A DNA stretch of 64,000 bases from Candidatus Woesearchaeota archaeon (GCA_018692915.1 JABHLG010000006.1:5627-69626); one strand, 5' to 3'. Shown: positions 42,605-51,765, counted from the first letter of the stretch. Program-made: numbers and translations. The notes: generated from the letters alone by a model not told the origin.

Positions 42605-44296
42605 ATGGTAGACTGGGATGATATTTTAGATAAAATCAGGGGGGAAGATGATGAAGATGATATTCCTGAAAATGAAACTTTATCTCAAAGAAAAGAAAGA
42701 CGTAAGAAAGAATTAGCTAAGAAAAAAGAGAGTTATAAAAATAAATGGGGTTTATTTAAAGGCAAAGATTATCGTAAGAAGCGAAAAGCTGATTTTAAGA
42801 GTTCATTAAAAGAACAAAGATTTGATCTTAGAAACGCTAGAAAAGAAAAAAAATTTAGTTATAGAGCTGGTAAAAAAGAAGAGCGTCTACAGAAAAGATT
42901 AGAGAAATCTTGGGGACTTAAATTATTATTGTCAATTGGTGCGATTATTAGTCTTTTTGTTATGAATTATTTACCTAGTACTTTTTCATTAGTTCTTTTG
43001 GTGGCAATTATCGCTATAATACTTTTTATATCTTATACAAAATTTGCATTTGCTTTTGGACTTGTGCTTGTTGTTTTACTAATATTTGCTTACTGGATGT
43101 TTTTCTTTACACCATATGGCACAGATTTAGTATCTGAATTTGAAAAGTCAAATGTTGTTGGAGAAACAGAAGAAGCTTTAGAAGAAAGTGGTGTAGAACA
43201 TCAATTTAATATTATTGGAAAAATACTTTCTGGTGATTTTGAGCCAGAGGAGCTCTGGACTTCAGAAGCTGTAGAATCTGAATATGCAGTTCAAGAAGAA
43301 TTTGATATTGTTTTAAAGAATATTGAACCACGTAAAGAGTATTTCAAAAATAGTGAAGCAATATATTTAACTGGAAATATAAATTTAATTAGTGGATTTG
43401 ATAAGACCACAATAGTTACAATTACTACGGAACCTGATGATTTCTGTGCAGAAAATTCTCAAGAGGAATGGGATGAATTTTTAGAAAAAGTATCATTAGG
43501 ACGAATTAGTGATGATGAAAAACCAAAAGGATGTTCTGATGGTTCTGATTGGGAATGTTATATTTCTGGTTCTGATGAAGTAAATACTTTCCACATGGAG
43601 CGAATATATAATCGACAATTATATTGTAATCATACAGGTGTTAGGGTTGATGAAGAAGAAATAATATCTAACTTGAAAGTAAATTGGGAATATGCAACAA
43701 CTGCTGTTGCAGGAAAACAGATTTATGCATTTGATTCTGAAATTGTTAGTAGTTATGATGGTAATCCTTTAGATAAGTATGAAATTGCTAAGGATAGTTA
43801 CACTTCTTGGTATATTGGTGATAGACAAATTAATTTAGGATTAGGATTAACTGGCTCAGAGGATTATGTGCGTGGAGAAGATAAAGATGATTCATTTAGA
43901 GAAGTTACTGATTTAGTAATAACTGTTCAAAATACAGGAAGTGGAAAAATTAGTGATATTGAATCTCTTTCAATTAGTTTCCCAAATACAGAGATGATTC
44001 AAGTTGGTAATGAAATCGAAGATGCACTTGATTCAAATGTATTATTTACTGGACCAACAACAGAAATTATTGCAATCCGTGGTGAGGATATTATAACGCG
44101 GAAATTTACATTATCAGATGAAGGCAAAAGAGAATTTGAAACAATAGAACCTGCAGACCATATGAATTTTTACATACCGTTTGTTGTAACTGAAGAATAT
44201 ATTGGGAATTCTGCATTCCAGAGTTTCTTAGTTAAAGCAGAAGTCAGTTATAAATATCGAGATCATGAAACAACTGCTGTCACAATTAAACCTTAG
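42605..44296 (+). CDS. Membrane protein with a K/R-rich cytoplasmic N-terminus, 3 TM helices and a large external domain
   Basis: 563-aa ORF starting 2 nt after the previous stop. Orphan sequence. Confidence 0.4.
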   Translation: MVDWDDILDKIRGEDDEDDIPENETLSQRKERRKKELAKKKESYKNKWGLFKGKDYRKKRKADFKSSLKEQRFDLRNARKEKKFSYRAGKKEERLQKRLEKSWGLKLLLSIGAIISLFVMNYLPSTFSLVLLVAIIAIILFISYTKFAFAFGLVLVVLLIFAYWMFFFTPYGTDLVSEFEKSNVVGETEEALEESGVEHQFNIIGKILSGDFEPEELWTSEAVESEYAVQEEFDIVLKNIEPRKEYFKNSEAIYLTGNINLISGFDKTTIVTITTEPDDFCAENSQEEWDEFLEKVSLGRISDDEKPKGCSDGSDWECYISGSDEVNTFHMERIYNRQLYCNHTGVRVDEEEIISNLKVNWEYATTAVAGKQIYAFDSEIVSSYDGNPLDKYEIAKDSYTSWYIGDRQINLGLGLTGSEDYVRGEDKDDSFREVTDLVITVQNTGSGKISDIESLSISFPNTEMIQVGNEIEDALDSNVLFTGPTTEIIAIRGEDIITRKFTLSDEGKREFETIEPADHMNFYIPFVVTEEYIGNSAFQSFLVKAEVSYKYRDHETTAVTIKP

Positions 44297-44577
44297 TCTC
44301 TTGTTATTTCCCAATGAGATGGATTTTTATCTTCTTTAGATACCCACAGGTTTATGCGATCAATTATATCTTCGTGTGTTAGTGTGGTAATTGAACCTGC
44401 AGTTGATGTAGTTAATAATGCATATCCTTTATGTATATTGGCTAAATCTTCAATGTTGCAGTAAGTAAATGCTGCTAGAGAAACATATGTTGCTGCAAGA
44501 GCTGCTTTGTGGTACCAGGGTTGTCCAATTCCTAGTAATGTTTTTAATGTATACTTCGCGTTTTCTTTAAAATTCAT
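44293..44577 (-). CDS. Hypothetical protein
   Basis: 94-aa ORF, convergent with the surface cluster. Confidence 0.3.
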   Translation of the reverse strand: MNFKENAKYTLKTLLGIGQPWYHKAALAATYVSLAAFTYCNIEDLANIHKGYALLTTSTAGSITTLTHEDIIDRINLWVSKEDKNPSHWEITRD

Positions 44578-44678
44578 ATTTTAATAAATAAATTAAGTTT
44601 TTAATAATTTGTATTTTGAATTGTTACCTCTACCATACAATGAACAAACTATAAAAGTAATAAGCTATTAAAAACTGG

Positions 44679-45680
44679 ATGAGTACAAAAGTATTATCTG
44701 TCCTGTCCGTATTTTTACTTATATTTGCATTTAGTGGTTGTACTGGAAACGATGAAGAGACAGCAACTGTTTCAGATTCAAGCGGCATTAATGTTGAATT
44801 TATGCCTGGCGCACCACCACAACAAATAAGTGAAGATGATACTTCTTTTGACATTGGTATAAAATTAGATAATCGTGGAGAATATGATTTATCTGCAGCA
44901 GAGGGTACAGATGGTGCTATTTCAGTTTTCTTACTTGGTGTAAATCCTATGACTATTGGTTTATGTGAAGCAGGCGAAGAATGTAGCACAGAACTAATTT
45001 ATGATCAAGGTTTAGGTGGAGCTCATTATGTAAATAGTGAATTAATTCCAGGAGAAATCGCATATGTTAATTGGCAAGCAGTAGATGGTTCATTACCTTC
45101 TTATGATTTATCAATTTCATCAGATCAAACTCTGAATTTTGTTGCACAAGCTTGTTACGGATATAAGACAATGACTACAGCAGAAGGTTGCTTTAGTGAT
45201 AATGCTTATGCACAAGCAACAGGTGCTGAAACATGTACAATTTCAGGAGAAAAAGATGCATCAAATACAATTGCACCAATTCAAATTACAAATGTTGTTG
45301 AAAATCCTGCAGGAAAGAACAAAGAAACTAGCGAAAACAAATATGCATTTACATTTACAATAGAAAATATTGGAGATGGTATTGCATTCCCAATAACAAA
45401 GTCAGTAAGTAATTGTACAAAATTAGGTGTAGCTGACTTAAACTCAAATCAAATAACAATTGATAGTGTAAAAGTTGGCGGTGTTGAAAAAGTGGAATGT
45501 TTGAGAAAAGGAGCAAAACCAACAATTACATTAGTTGATAACAAAGGTTCGTACACATGTACATTTTCACAGCCTTCAATATCTGGAGATTATTCAGAGC
45601 TAGTTGAGATTACTCTTTCATATAATTATTACACACAAACAACTAAGCAAGTTGTAGTTAAGAATAGCATTGACTTTTAA
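44679..45680 (+). CDS. Lipobox-bearing secreted protein, paralogue of 45756..47516
   Basis: Signal peptide ending FAFSGCTG. The blocks DIGIKLDNRGEYDL and ACYGYKTMTTAEGCF align with the downstream gene. Confidence 0.45.
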   Translation: MSTKVLSVLSVFLLIFAFSGCTGNDEETATVSDSSGINVEFMPGAPPQQISEDDTSFDIGIKLDNRGEYDLSAAEGTDGAISVFLLGVNPMTIGLCEAGEECSTELIYDQGLGGAHYVNSELIPGEIAYVNWQAVDGSLPSYDLSISSDQTLNFVAQACYGYKTMTTAEGCFSDNAYAQATGAETCTISGEKDASNTIAPIQITNVVENPAGKNKETSENKYAFTFTIENIGDGIAFPITKSVSNCTKLGVADLNSNQITIDSVKVGGVEKVECLRKGAKPTITLVDNKGSYTCTFSQPSISGDYSELVEITLSYNYYTQTTKQVVVKNSIDF

Positions 45681-45755
45681 TTAAGGAAGATATTTTAGTT
45701 TAGATTTAATTATATTATAGAGTAAAGTTTATTATATAGTATAGCATCTAATTGT

Positions 45756-47516
45756 ATGAAGACGGTTTATGTAGCTCTGATATTTAGTCTTGTATTATTA
45801 GTTAGTGGATGTGTTGATTATTTACCTTCAATTGGTGGAGGAACAGATAATGTCGGAGTTGTAGGTTTTGTAGGTGGAGATAATGGTGTAGTTGTTTCAT
45901 TTGTTGGAAATAATCCTCCTGCACGAGTTTTCCAAAATAATAATTTTAATGTTGTTCTTCAATTAGAAAATAAAGGTGAAAATGATATTGATGCAGGAGA
46001 TATACGCGTTTTAATTAGTAATATGCAGAACTTTGGACTTGAAGATAATATTGTTAAATATAATGAAAATCTTATACCTAAGAGAATAAAAACAGAGGCA
46101 GGTTTTATTCCTGGCGGCATTGATTATATTAGTTTTGATGATGTTGCTTACTCAGGACCTGCTATGATTACAGAAGATTCTCCGATTTCTATTGCAGTAG
46201 ATGTTTGTTATCCTTACAAAACCACTGCTGTTGCAGATATATGTATAACAAGAGAGCGCGATGAAACTGTATGTGATCCATTTGGAAAGCCAAGTGTTCA
46301 GACAAGTAGTAGTCCAATTTTAATTACAGGGATTACTCAAATGTCAAACGGTTTAATTAGAACAGACAGTGATGATGTTTTGTTAGATATACGAATTGAT
46401 TTCGAAATGGTTGGTGATGGAGAAATTTATAATTCAGATTCAACATGTTCAGAATTAGTTATTGATGATATTAATGTTATTACAATTGATCAAATTACTC
46501 TTGGTGCAGATATTTATAATAATGATAACGTTACTAAACTTTGTGGATATAATGATAATAAAATTGGATTAGATGAAGATGGAAATGGTTTTGTGATATG
46601 TTCAATTATGGTTCCAAACGTTCCTTTTGATTTTGAAGATAGGTTTACAATTACTACAAGTTATATGCATACTCAACTTTTAACTCAGAAAATTGCAGTA
46701 ATGCCTGTTCTTGAATCAATGAGAACTTGCACAATCTCAACAGATTGCGAGGTTAATGAATATTGTGAGCAACCAGGTTTCTGTAGAGCTAAAATTGCAA
46801 CTAAACAAACTTGTGGATTGCCTGTAGAACTTTTAACTGGCGAGAATTCAGATGTATCTTGCATGAGTGGTTTTTGTGGAAGTGGTTATTGCACAGGAAT
46901 TGCAGATAATTCTGAAGTATATCGGAGTTTAATTTGTGAAGAAGGACTTGTTATTGTAGAATATGATTTTGAAAAAGACCCCGGTCATAATAATTTAGAA
47001 TATTATGGTTGGACACCATATTTAACTGAAGATACAACTTTTATTGGTAGTTATTGTTCAGGTGAATCTGAATGGGTAATGTCTGCAGATTTAGGCTATC
47101 AATCAGGGCATGGATTATATACCATAGCAAAATTAAATGATAGTGAAATTAATTATTGTGTGAATTCTGAGAAAATACTTGTTCCAAAAGATGCTAACTT
47201 GAAAGTTAGTTTTATGTCTAATTTCCAATTAGATGGAGGTAGTGAAGATAGTGTAAGTGTTCTATGTGCTACTTCAGATAATTACAAACATTTAGGGAAA
47301 TTCCCTGGTATAATTGGCGAAGGCGATAATACTAAACGTTCTAGTGTATGGCCTGGAAATGAAGATGGTTGGGTTAAATTTGAATATGATATCCCAGAAG
47401 AATGTATTGTAAATGATAGAACAGAATTGTTATTTTCAGCAGAAATCGACTCAGAGAATCTTAATGATCCCGTTGCAATCGATGATATTAAAGTTCAAGT
47501 AGATAGTTGTAATTAA
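45756..47516 (+). CDS. Lipobox-bearing secreted protein with a Cys-rich module and a MAM/ConA-like C-terminal domain
   Basis: Signal peptide ending LLVSGCVD. The paralogous N-terminal domain has NVVLQLENKGENDI and VCYPYKTTAVADICI. Cys-rich region is CTISTDCEVNEYCEQPGFC...CMSGFCGSGYC. The C-terminus ...DPVAIDDIKVQVDSCN is MAM-like. Confidence 0.45.
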   Translation: MKTVYVALIFSLVLLVSGCVDYLPSIGGGTDNVGVVGFVGGDNGVVVSFVGNNPPARVFQNNNFNVVLQLENKGENDIDAGDIRVLISNMQNFGLEDNIVKYNENLIPKRIKTEAGFIPGGIDYISFDDVAYSGPAMITEDSPISIAVDVCYPYKTTAVADICITRERDETVCDPFGKPSVQTSSSPILITGITQMSNGLIRTDSDDVLLDIRIDFEMVGDGEIYNSDSTCSELVIDDINVITIDQITLGADIYNNDNVTKLCGYNDNKIGLDEDGNGFVICSIMVPNVPFDFEDRFTITTSYMHTQLLTQKIAVMPVLESMRTCTISTDCEVNEYCEQPGFCRAKIATKQTCGLPVELLTGENSDVSCMSGFCGSGYCTGIADNSEVYRSLICEEGLVIVEYDFEKDPGHNNLEYYGWTPYLTEDTTFIGSYCSGESEWVMSADLGYQSGHGLYTIAKLNDSEINYCVNSEKILVPKDANLKVSFMSNFQLDGGSEDSVSVLCATSDNYKHLGKFPGIIGEGDNTKRSSVWPGNEDGWVKFEYDIPEECIVNDRTELLFSAEIDSENLNDPVAIDDIKVQVDSCN

Positions 47517-47556
47517 GAATAATATTGTTTTTAACTTAGAGATTTATTATAGTATT

Positions 47557-47610
47557 ATGCAATACATATCTGATTTACATCTTCATAGCAGATTTTCTAG
47601 AGCTACATCC
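47557..47610 (+). pseudogene. Displaced duplicate of the first 18 codons (including ATG) of the PHP-domain gene
   Basis: Encodes MQYISDLHLHSRFSRATS, against MKYIADLHLHSRFSRATS at 47688..47741. 10 of 54 nt differ, 7 at third positions, giving 2 aa changes. Confidence 0.85.
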
Positions 47611-47687
47611 AAACTTTTTCAGAAAAAGTTTGACCAAAAACGCTGCTCATATATAATTTGTATTAAATCGCAGCAGGAGATATATGT
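47611..47687. repeat. Hairpin element, short form (family copy), abutting the ATG of the PHP gene
   Basis: aaactttttcagaaaaagttt (identical to 51078..51098) followed by aaaacgctgctcatatataatttgtattaaatcgcagcagg (compare 51155..51196). Confidence 0.8.
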
Positions 47688-48980
47688 ATGAAATATATTG
47701 CTGACTTGCACTTACATAGCAGATTTTCTAGAGCTACATCTAACAAGCTAGACCTACCTAATCTTGAGAAATATGGTAAGATAAAGGGACTTAATTTGCT
47801 TGGAACGGGAGATTTTATGCATCCACAATGGCAGAAAGAGCTAAAGTCTGAACTAACTACAGATGGTTCTGGAATTTACAAAACAAAGTCAAGATATCCT
47901 TTTGTTCTTTCAAATGAGATTTCTTTAATGTATCGTCAGGGCGATAAAGGTCGTAGAGCACACGTTGTTCTTCTTGCGCCAAATATGGATGTTGTGGACC
48001 AAATTACAGATTACTTCAAAAAATTTGGTAGAGTTGATTATGATGGTCGACCAATATTCGGTAAGAGTATAATTGAAGTTACAGAAGGGCTAAATAATAT
48101 ATCTAATGATATTGAAATAATACCTGCACACATATGGACACCTTGGTTTGGTTTGCTTGGTTCAAAATCAGGTTTTGATTCATTTAAAGAAGCACTTGGT
48201 GACCAAATAAAGCATATTCATTCATTTGAAACAGGACTTAGTTCTGACCCTGAGATGAATTGGCGAGTTTCTGAACTAGATAAATTTACAGCTCTGTCTT
48301 TTTCAGATGCACATAGCCATTGGCCTTGGAGAATTGGTAGGGAAGCAACTTTGTTTGACTTGAAAAATCTAACTTACAAAGATTTAATTAACGCAATTCG
48401 AACACGAGACGGCTATGAAGGAACAATTGAAGTTGACCCTGGTTATGGACGGTATCATCATGATGGACACAGAAATTGTGGAGTTAGTTTCATTCCACAG
48501 ATTTCTAAAAAGTATAATGATATTTGCCCAGTTTGTAAAAAGCCACTTACAATTGGAGTTATGTATCGAGTTGAAGAATTAGCAGATAGGCCAGAAGGAT
48601 ATACACCAAAAAATGCAGCAAAAGTATACAAATTACTACCTTTATCTGATTTGATTTCTGGAGTAGTTGGAACAGGAGTAGCAACGCAAAAGGTTTGGGA
48701 AATTTTCAACAAACTAATTGATAATTTTGGTTCAGAATACAATGTTCTTCTAAATGTTTCTGCAGATGATTTGCAAAAAGTTGTGGATGAAAATATAGTT
48801 CAGTTTATCTTAAAGAATCGTGCAGGTCAGATTGAAGTTAAGCCAGGTTATGATGGTGTTTATGGCGAAGCAATCTTTGGAGAGAAACCACAACCTAAAC
48901 CATTTGTATCTGAACGCCCGGCTAGTATGGAACAACAAAAACAAATAGAAAAACCCCAAAAGAGTTTAACTGATTTCTAA
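47688..48980 (+). CDS. PHP-domain phosphoesterase with an internal zinc ribbon (COG1379-like)
   Basis: ADLHLHSRFSRATS (PHP motif I), HIWTPW, FSDAHS, CPVCKKPLT. The architecture matches the archaeal COG1379 family. Confidence 0.7.
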   Translation: MKYIADLHLHSRFSRATSNKLDLPNLEKYGKIKGLNLLGTGDFMHPQWQKELKSELTTDGSGIYKTKSRYPFVLSNEISLMYRQGDKGRRAHVVLLAPNMDVVDQITDYFKKFGRVDYDGRPIFGKSIIEVTEGLNNISNDIEIIPAHIWTPWFGLLGSKSGFDSFKEALGDQIKHIHSFETGLSSDPEMNWRVSELDKFTALSFSDAHSHWPWRIGREATLFDLKNLTYKDLINAIRTRDGYEGTIEVDPGYGRYHHDGHRNCGVSFIPQISKKYNDICPVCKKPLTIGVMYRVEELADRPEGYTPKNAAKVYKLLPLSDLISGVVGTGVATQKVWEIFNKLIDNFGSEYNVLLNVSADDLQKVVDENIVQFILKNRAGQIEVKPGYDGVYGEAIFGEKPQPKPFVSERPASMEQQKQIEKPQKSLTDF

Positions 48981-49017
48981 TTCGAACTGTTTTTAAGTTT
49001 TTACTATCTTTCAAAGT

Positions 49018-49395
49018 ATGGTAATTGCAGCACAAGCGCATGAAATAGATAATGACGAAAAAGATAATATAATCGTAAAACCTGATCCGAATATTTGTTC
49101 AGTAGAAAGAATTAGAATCGAGTTCGCAGATAATTATGATTTGCAATTAAGTGGCAACGAGATTTTTAAGAAAACTTTGATAATAAAATATGAACGAGTT
49201 AATAATGGTTATTATGCAATACATGCTGATTTTACAGATAAGAATGGTGAACTTGAGAAAGATATTCGGAAGTTTAAAGCTGGAGAGAAAGGAATACCCC
49301 CAAAAATTTCAGAGCTAGAGTCAGATGTACTTGCTGCATTAAAAGCCGAACCTGAACTAGCTGAGATAGTTGATTTTATGAATCGCTTTGAATAA
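49018..49395 (+). CDS. Hypothetical protein
   Basis: 125-aa ORF, no motif recognised. Confidence 0.3.
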   Translation: MVIAAQAHEIDNDEKDNIIVKPDPNICSVERIRIEFADNYDLQLSGNEIFKKTLIIKYERVNNGYYAIHADFTDKNGELEKDIRKFKAGEKGIPPKISELESDVLAALKAEPELAEIVDFMNRFE

Positions 49396-49397
49396 TC

Positions 49398-50207
49398 TTA
49401 TCCAATATAGCTCGTATCACTACTTGCATCACCTGAAAGTCTCTTAAGTTTTTTCATTAAAACTCCTTCATGAGATTCTTTAGCTTTTTCAGAGTGATCG
49501 ATTTCTTCTTTCTTAATTTCTTTCTCAATCTTGTTTAAATCAACTTTTAATCCAAGTGGTTTTTTTAGAATTTTAAGAACTTGTGTTGCTTCTCTAAGTC
49601 CTAAGTGATATGGATGTCCTACTGTTTCGCAAAGTAAGGATATTCCATTTAAATTCTTTAGCTTTCCAAGTCCTAAAAGCAATCCCGTTGCTCCAACAAT
49701 TGTAGCTGCTTTATTATCTTTGAATTTAATTGATTTACTTAATTTTGTCCATTTTAGTTTGGTTTTTTTGTCTGTTACAACACCATAGACATCAGGATGT
49801 TTTTGTTCTCCAGGCAGACCAATTCCACCAATAGTTATTACTTCGGTGCAACCTATGTGTTTTGCTAAATCAAGTATTTTATTGCAGAATTCATAACTTG
49901 CTTGTTCTTCCATTGGTTGAACATCTCCCGTTAGGAAAATTAAATCCTTAGTGTTTTTAGCACCAGCTTTTAGAAAATGAAGACTAACTGTTGGTAATTC
50001 AAGTAAACTATCCTCACCAATGAACACAGAGTGTGGGAATAATGTGGAATTTATTCGATATAATTCTTTAGCTTTTAATTCATCTACAAGAAAATCTGCA
50101 GTGATTTTTCCAACGTTACCAATTCCTGGCAAGCCTGCAATTAAAATAGCATTTTTTAGCTTTGGGACTTTCCCTTCCTCTTTAATCATCCATACATCGT
50201 TTTTCAT
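49398..50207 (-). CDS. PAC2-family (proteasome assembly chaperone-like, COG1938) protein
   Basis: LKNAILIAGLPGIGNVGKITADFLVDELKA is the typical N-terminal block. Has the conserved archaeal position next to aIF2alpha. Confidence 0.7.
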   Translation of the reverse strand: MKNDVWMIKEEGKVPKLKNAILIAGLPGIGNVGKITADFLVDELKAKELYRINSTLFPHSVFIGEDSLLELPTVSLHFLKAGAKNTKDLIFLTGDVQPMEEQASYEFCNKILDLAKHIGCTEVITIGGIGLPGEQKHPDVYGVVTDKKTKLKWTKLSKSIKFKDNKAATIVGATGLLLGLGKLKNLNGISLLCETVGHPYHLGLREATQVLKILKKPLGLKVDLNKIEKEIKKEEIDHSEKAKESHEGVLMKKLKRLSGDASSDTSYIG

Positions 50208-50211
50208 ATTA

Positions 50212-51003
50212 TTAACTCCGGTTCTTTACGAACTCAACATTTGATTTTCCACCAAGTAAAGATTGTAATCTTGATACAATCTCCTCAGATGCTTGGTCTG
50301 CTCGTTTTTTGTTTTCAGCAGATATTTTTAGCTGGTATTTTGGAGCACCAATATAATTAATGCTTATATCATAATCTTTCTTTTTTGCAGTTTCTATTAT
50401 ATCTTCTACAGCGTTCTTAATTGCATTGACTCCATCACCTTTTGTTGAGTGCATATGGAGCTCTCCGTTTATCTCTGATTTGGGTATTTTTATCCTTTGC
50501 TTTATTAGAGCAAACAGTTCATGTGCTTGTTTGCTTTGAATTTTAAGTTCTTTAAGCGTATCTTCTCCTAATTGTGTAACTTCTAACATAAATGGATATA
50601 ATCCTTCATAGTTTGATATGATGTTTTCATCAAACTTTTTGTATATTTCTTCAATTTCTAATTTATTTTTTTTAGCAAAGAACTGTAGCAAGTCATCTGC
50701 TCGCTTTTCATTTTTCCATTTCTGCATTTTACTTCTTCGCTGACCTTCACCAACTCTTCTAATTGATAGATTAATCTGATTTCTTTCTTTATCTACATCC
50801 ATAACTTTACAAACTAACTGGCGTCCAATTTTTAGGTAGACTTTCATATTACGGACCCAGCGTCTATCCATTTCAGAAGTATGAATCATGCCTTCTTTTT
50901 TGCTATACTCATCTAATGTTGCAAATACAGAATGAGGTAAAACTTTGGCAATTGTGCAAATAATGAATTCTCCTTCTTCAGGATACCCTTTTTTAGTATA
51001 CAT
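50212..51003 (-). CDS. eif2a: Translation initiation factor 2 alpha subunit (aIF2alpha)
   Basis: S1 domain GEFIICTIAKVLPHSVFATLDEY...GMIHTSEM, followed by helical and alpha-beta domains. Confidence 0.9.
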   Translation of the reverse strand: MYTKKGYPEEGEFIICTIAKVLPHSVFATLDEYSKKEGMIHTSEMDRRWVRNMKVYLKIGRQLVCKVMDVDKERNQINLSIRRVGEGQRRSKMQKWKNEKRADDLLQFFAKKNKLEIEEIYKKFDENIISNYEGLYPFMLEVTQLGEDTLKELKIQSKQAHELFALIKQRIKIPKSEINGELHMHSTKGDGVNAIKNAVEDIIETAKKKDYDISINYIGAPKYQLKISAENKKRADQASEEIVSRLQSLLGGKSNVEFVKNRS

Positions 51004-51038
51004 AATAAATTCTAAAATAACAGCTTTATAAAACTTCT

Positions 51039-51077
51039 TAGTTCAAGACTTCAGTAACCTTAGCTTTTATGTCTGCG
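51039..51077 (-). pseudogene. Displaced duplicate of the last 13 codons (including stop) of rps27e
   Basis: Encodes ADIKAKVTEVLN*, against ADIKSKVTEVLN* at 51235..51197. 5 of 39 nt differ, 4 of them synonymous third-position changes. Confidence 0.85.
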
Positions 51078-51196
51078 AAACTTTTTCAGAAAAAGTTTCA
51101 TCACCAAGCTGAACTTTGTTCAGCGAGGCCAAGAAAATCAAAGATTTTCTCTGGAAAACGTTGCTCATATGTGTTGGTGTTCAATCGCAACAATAA
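51078..51196. repeat. Hairpin element, long (composite) form, abutting the rps27e stop codon
   Basis: Left hairpin at 51078..51098. Inner two-hairpin module catcaccaagc-tgaactttgttca-gcgaggccaagaaaatcaaagattttctctgg at 51099..51154. Right arm at 51155..51196. Confidence 0.8.
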
Positions 51197-51409
51197 TTAA
51201 TTTAATACTTCAGTAACCTTAGATTTTATATCTGCTTTTCCGCCTTTTGATTTAGCTAAAAGTTCATCACAAACAAGGCATTTTACATCGCTTGCAGCTT
51301 TTTCGAAAATAATTTGAATATTTTTACATTTAGCACATTTTACTTTTATAAAACTTGAACTTGGACCTTTATCTTTTACCATTTTAGTTGTTCTCCTTTT
51401 GTTTTGCAA
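51197..51409 (-). CDS. rps27e: Ribosomal protein S27e
   Basis: Zinc ribbon VKCAKCKN...VKCLVCDE. The true start may be the internal MVKDKG. Confidence 0.85.
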   Translation of the reverse strand: MQNKRRTTKMVKDKGPSSSFIKVKCAKCKNIQIIFEKAASDVKCLVCDELLAKSKGGKADIKSKVTEVLN

Positions 51410-51445
51410 CTGAAATTTGCAAATTTTTAATTTGTATCATTTTAT

Positions 51446-51733
51446 TTATACCTGACTGAATTTCTTCATTCTATTAAAACTTCGAACATGAGATTTTTTA
51501 CACTTTTCACAAGTGTATTTCAAAACAATGTGTTGACTTTGTTTTGATTTATTAACTTTAGAACGTGGCATTCCACCAAAACCAGCATTAACTCTAAAAT
51601 ACTGTCGGATTCCCCATTTTAATGAGTGCTTTTTTGGCTTTGGTCTAGGTTTTGTCTTTGCTTGAGTAACCTTATGTTTAAATCTAGCTTTACACATCGG
51701 ACAATATCTCATTACTGATTTTGGGAATTTCAT
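51446..51733 (-). CDS. rpl44e: Ribosomal protein L44e
   Basis: MKFPKSVMRYCPMCKARFKHKV...YTCEKCKKSH zinc ribbon. ATG at 51733 is preferred. Confidence 0.85.
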   Translation of the reverse strand: MKFPKSVMRYCPMCKARFKHKVTQAKTKPRPKPKKHSLKWGIRQYFRVNAGFGGMPRSKVNKSKQSQHIVLKYTCEKCKKSHVRSFNRMKKFSQV

Positions 51734-51765
51734 TATATAGAACCTAATTTTACCCATTAAAAAGC

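Noticed and set aside
44630-44989. 119-aa minus-strand ORF overlapping the start of the lipoprotein gene 44679..45680.
   Set aside because: It is a shadow frame of a gene that has a clear signal peptide and a paralogue. It has no features of its own.
11221-51235. Interpreting the duplicated gene termini flanking the hairpin elements as ordinary target-site duplications.
   Set aside because: The duplications are 39-54 nt. They differ mostly at synonymous or third-codon positions (24 of 34 differences; 6 of 62 codons changed). Neutral decay of a non-functional TSD copy would not give that bias. The copies look like two diverged coding alleles.
37163-51235. A diversity-generating retroelement (template/variable repeat pairs at gene ends).
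   Set aside because: There is no reverse transcriptase in the window. The substitutions are not adenine-specific (t/c, t/g, a/c and a/g all occur) and are mostly silent, the opposite of DGR hypervariation.
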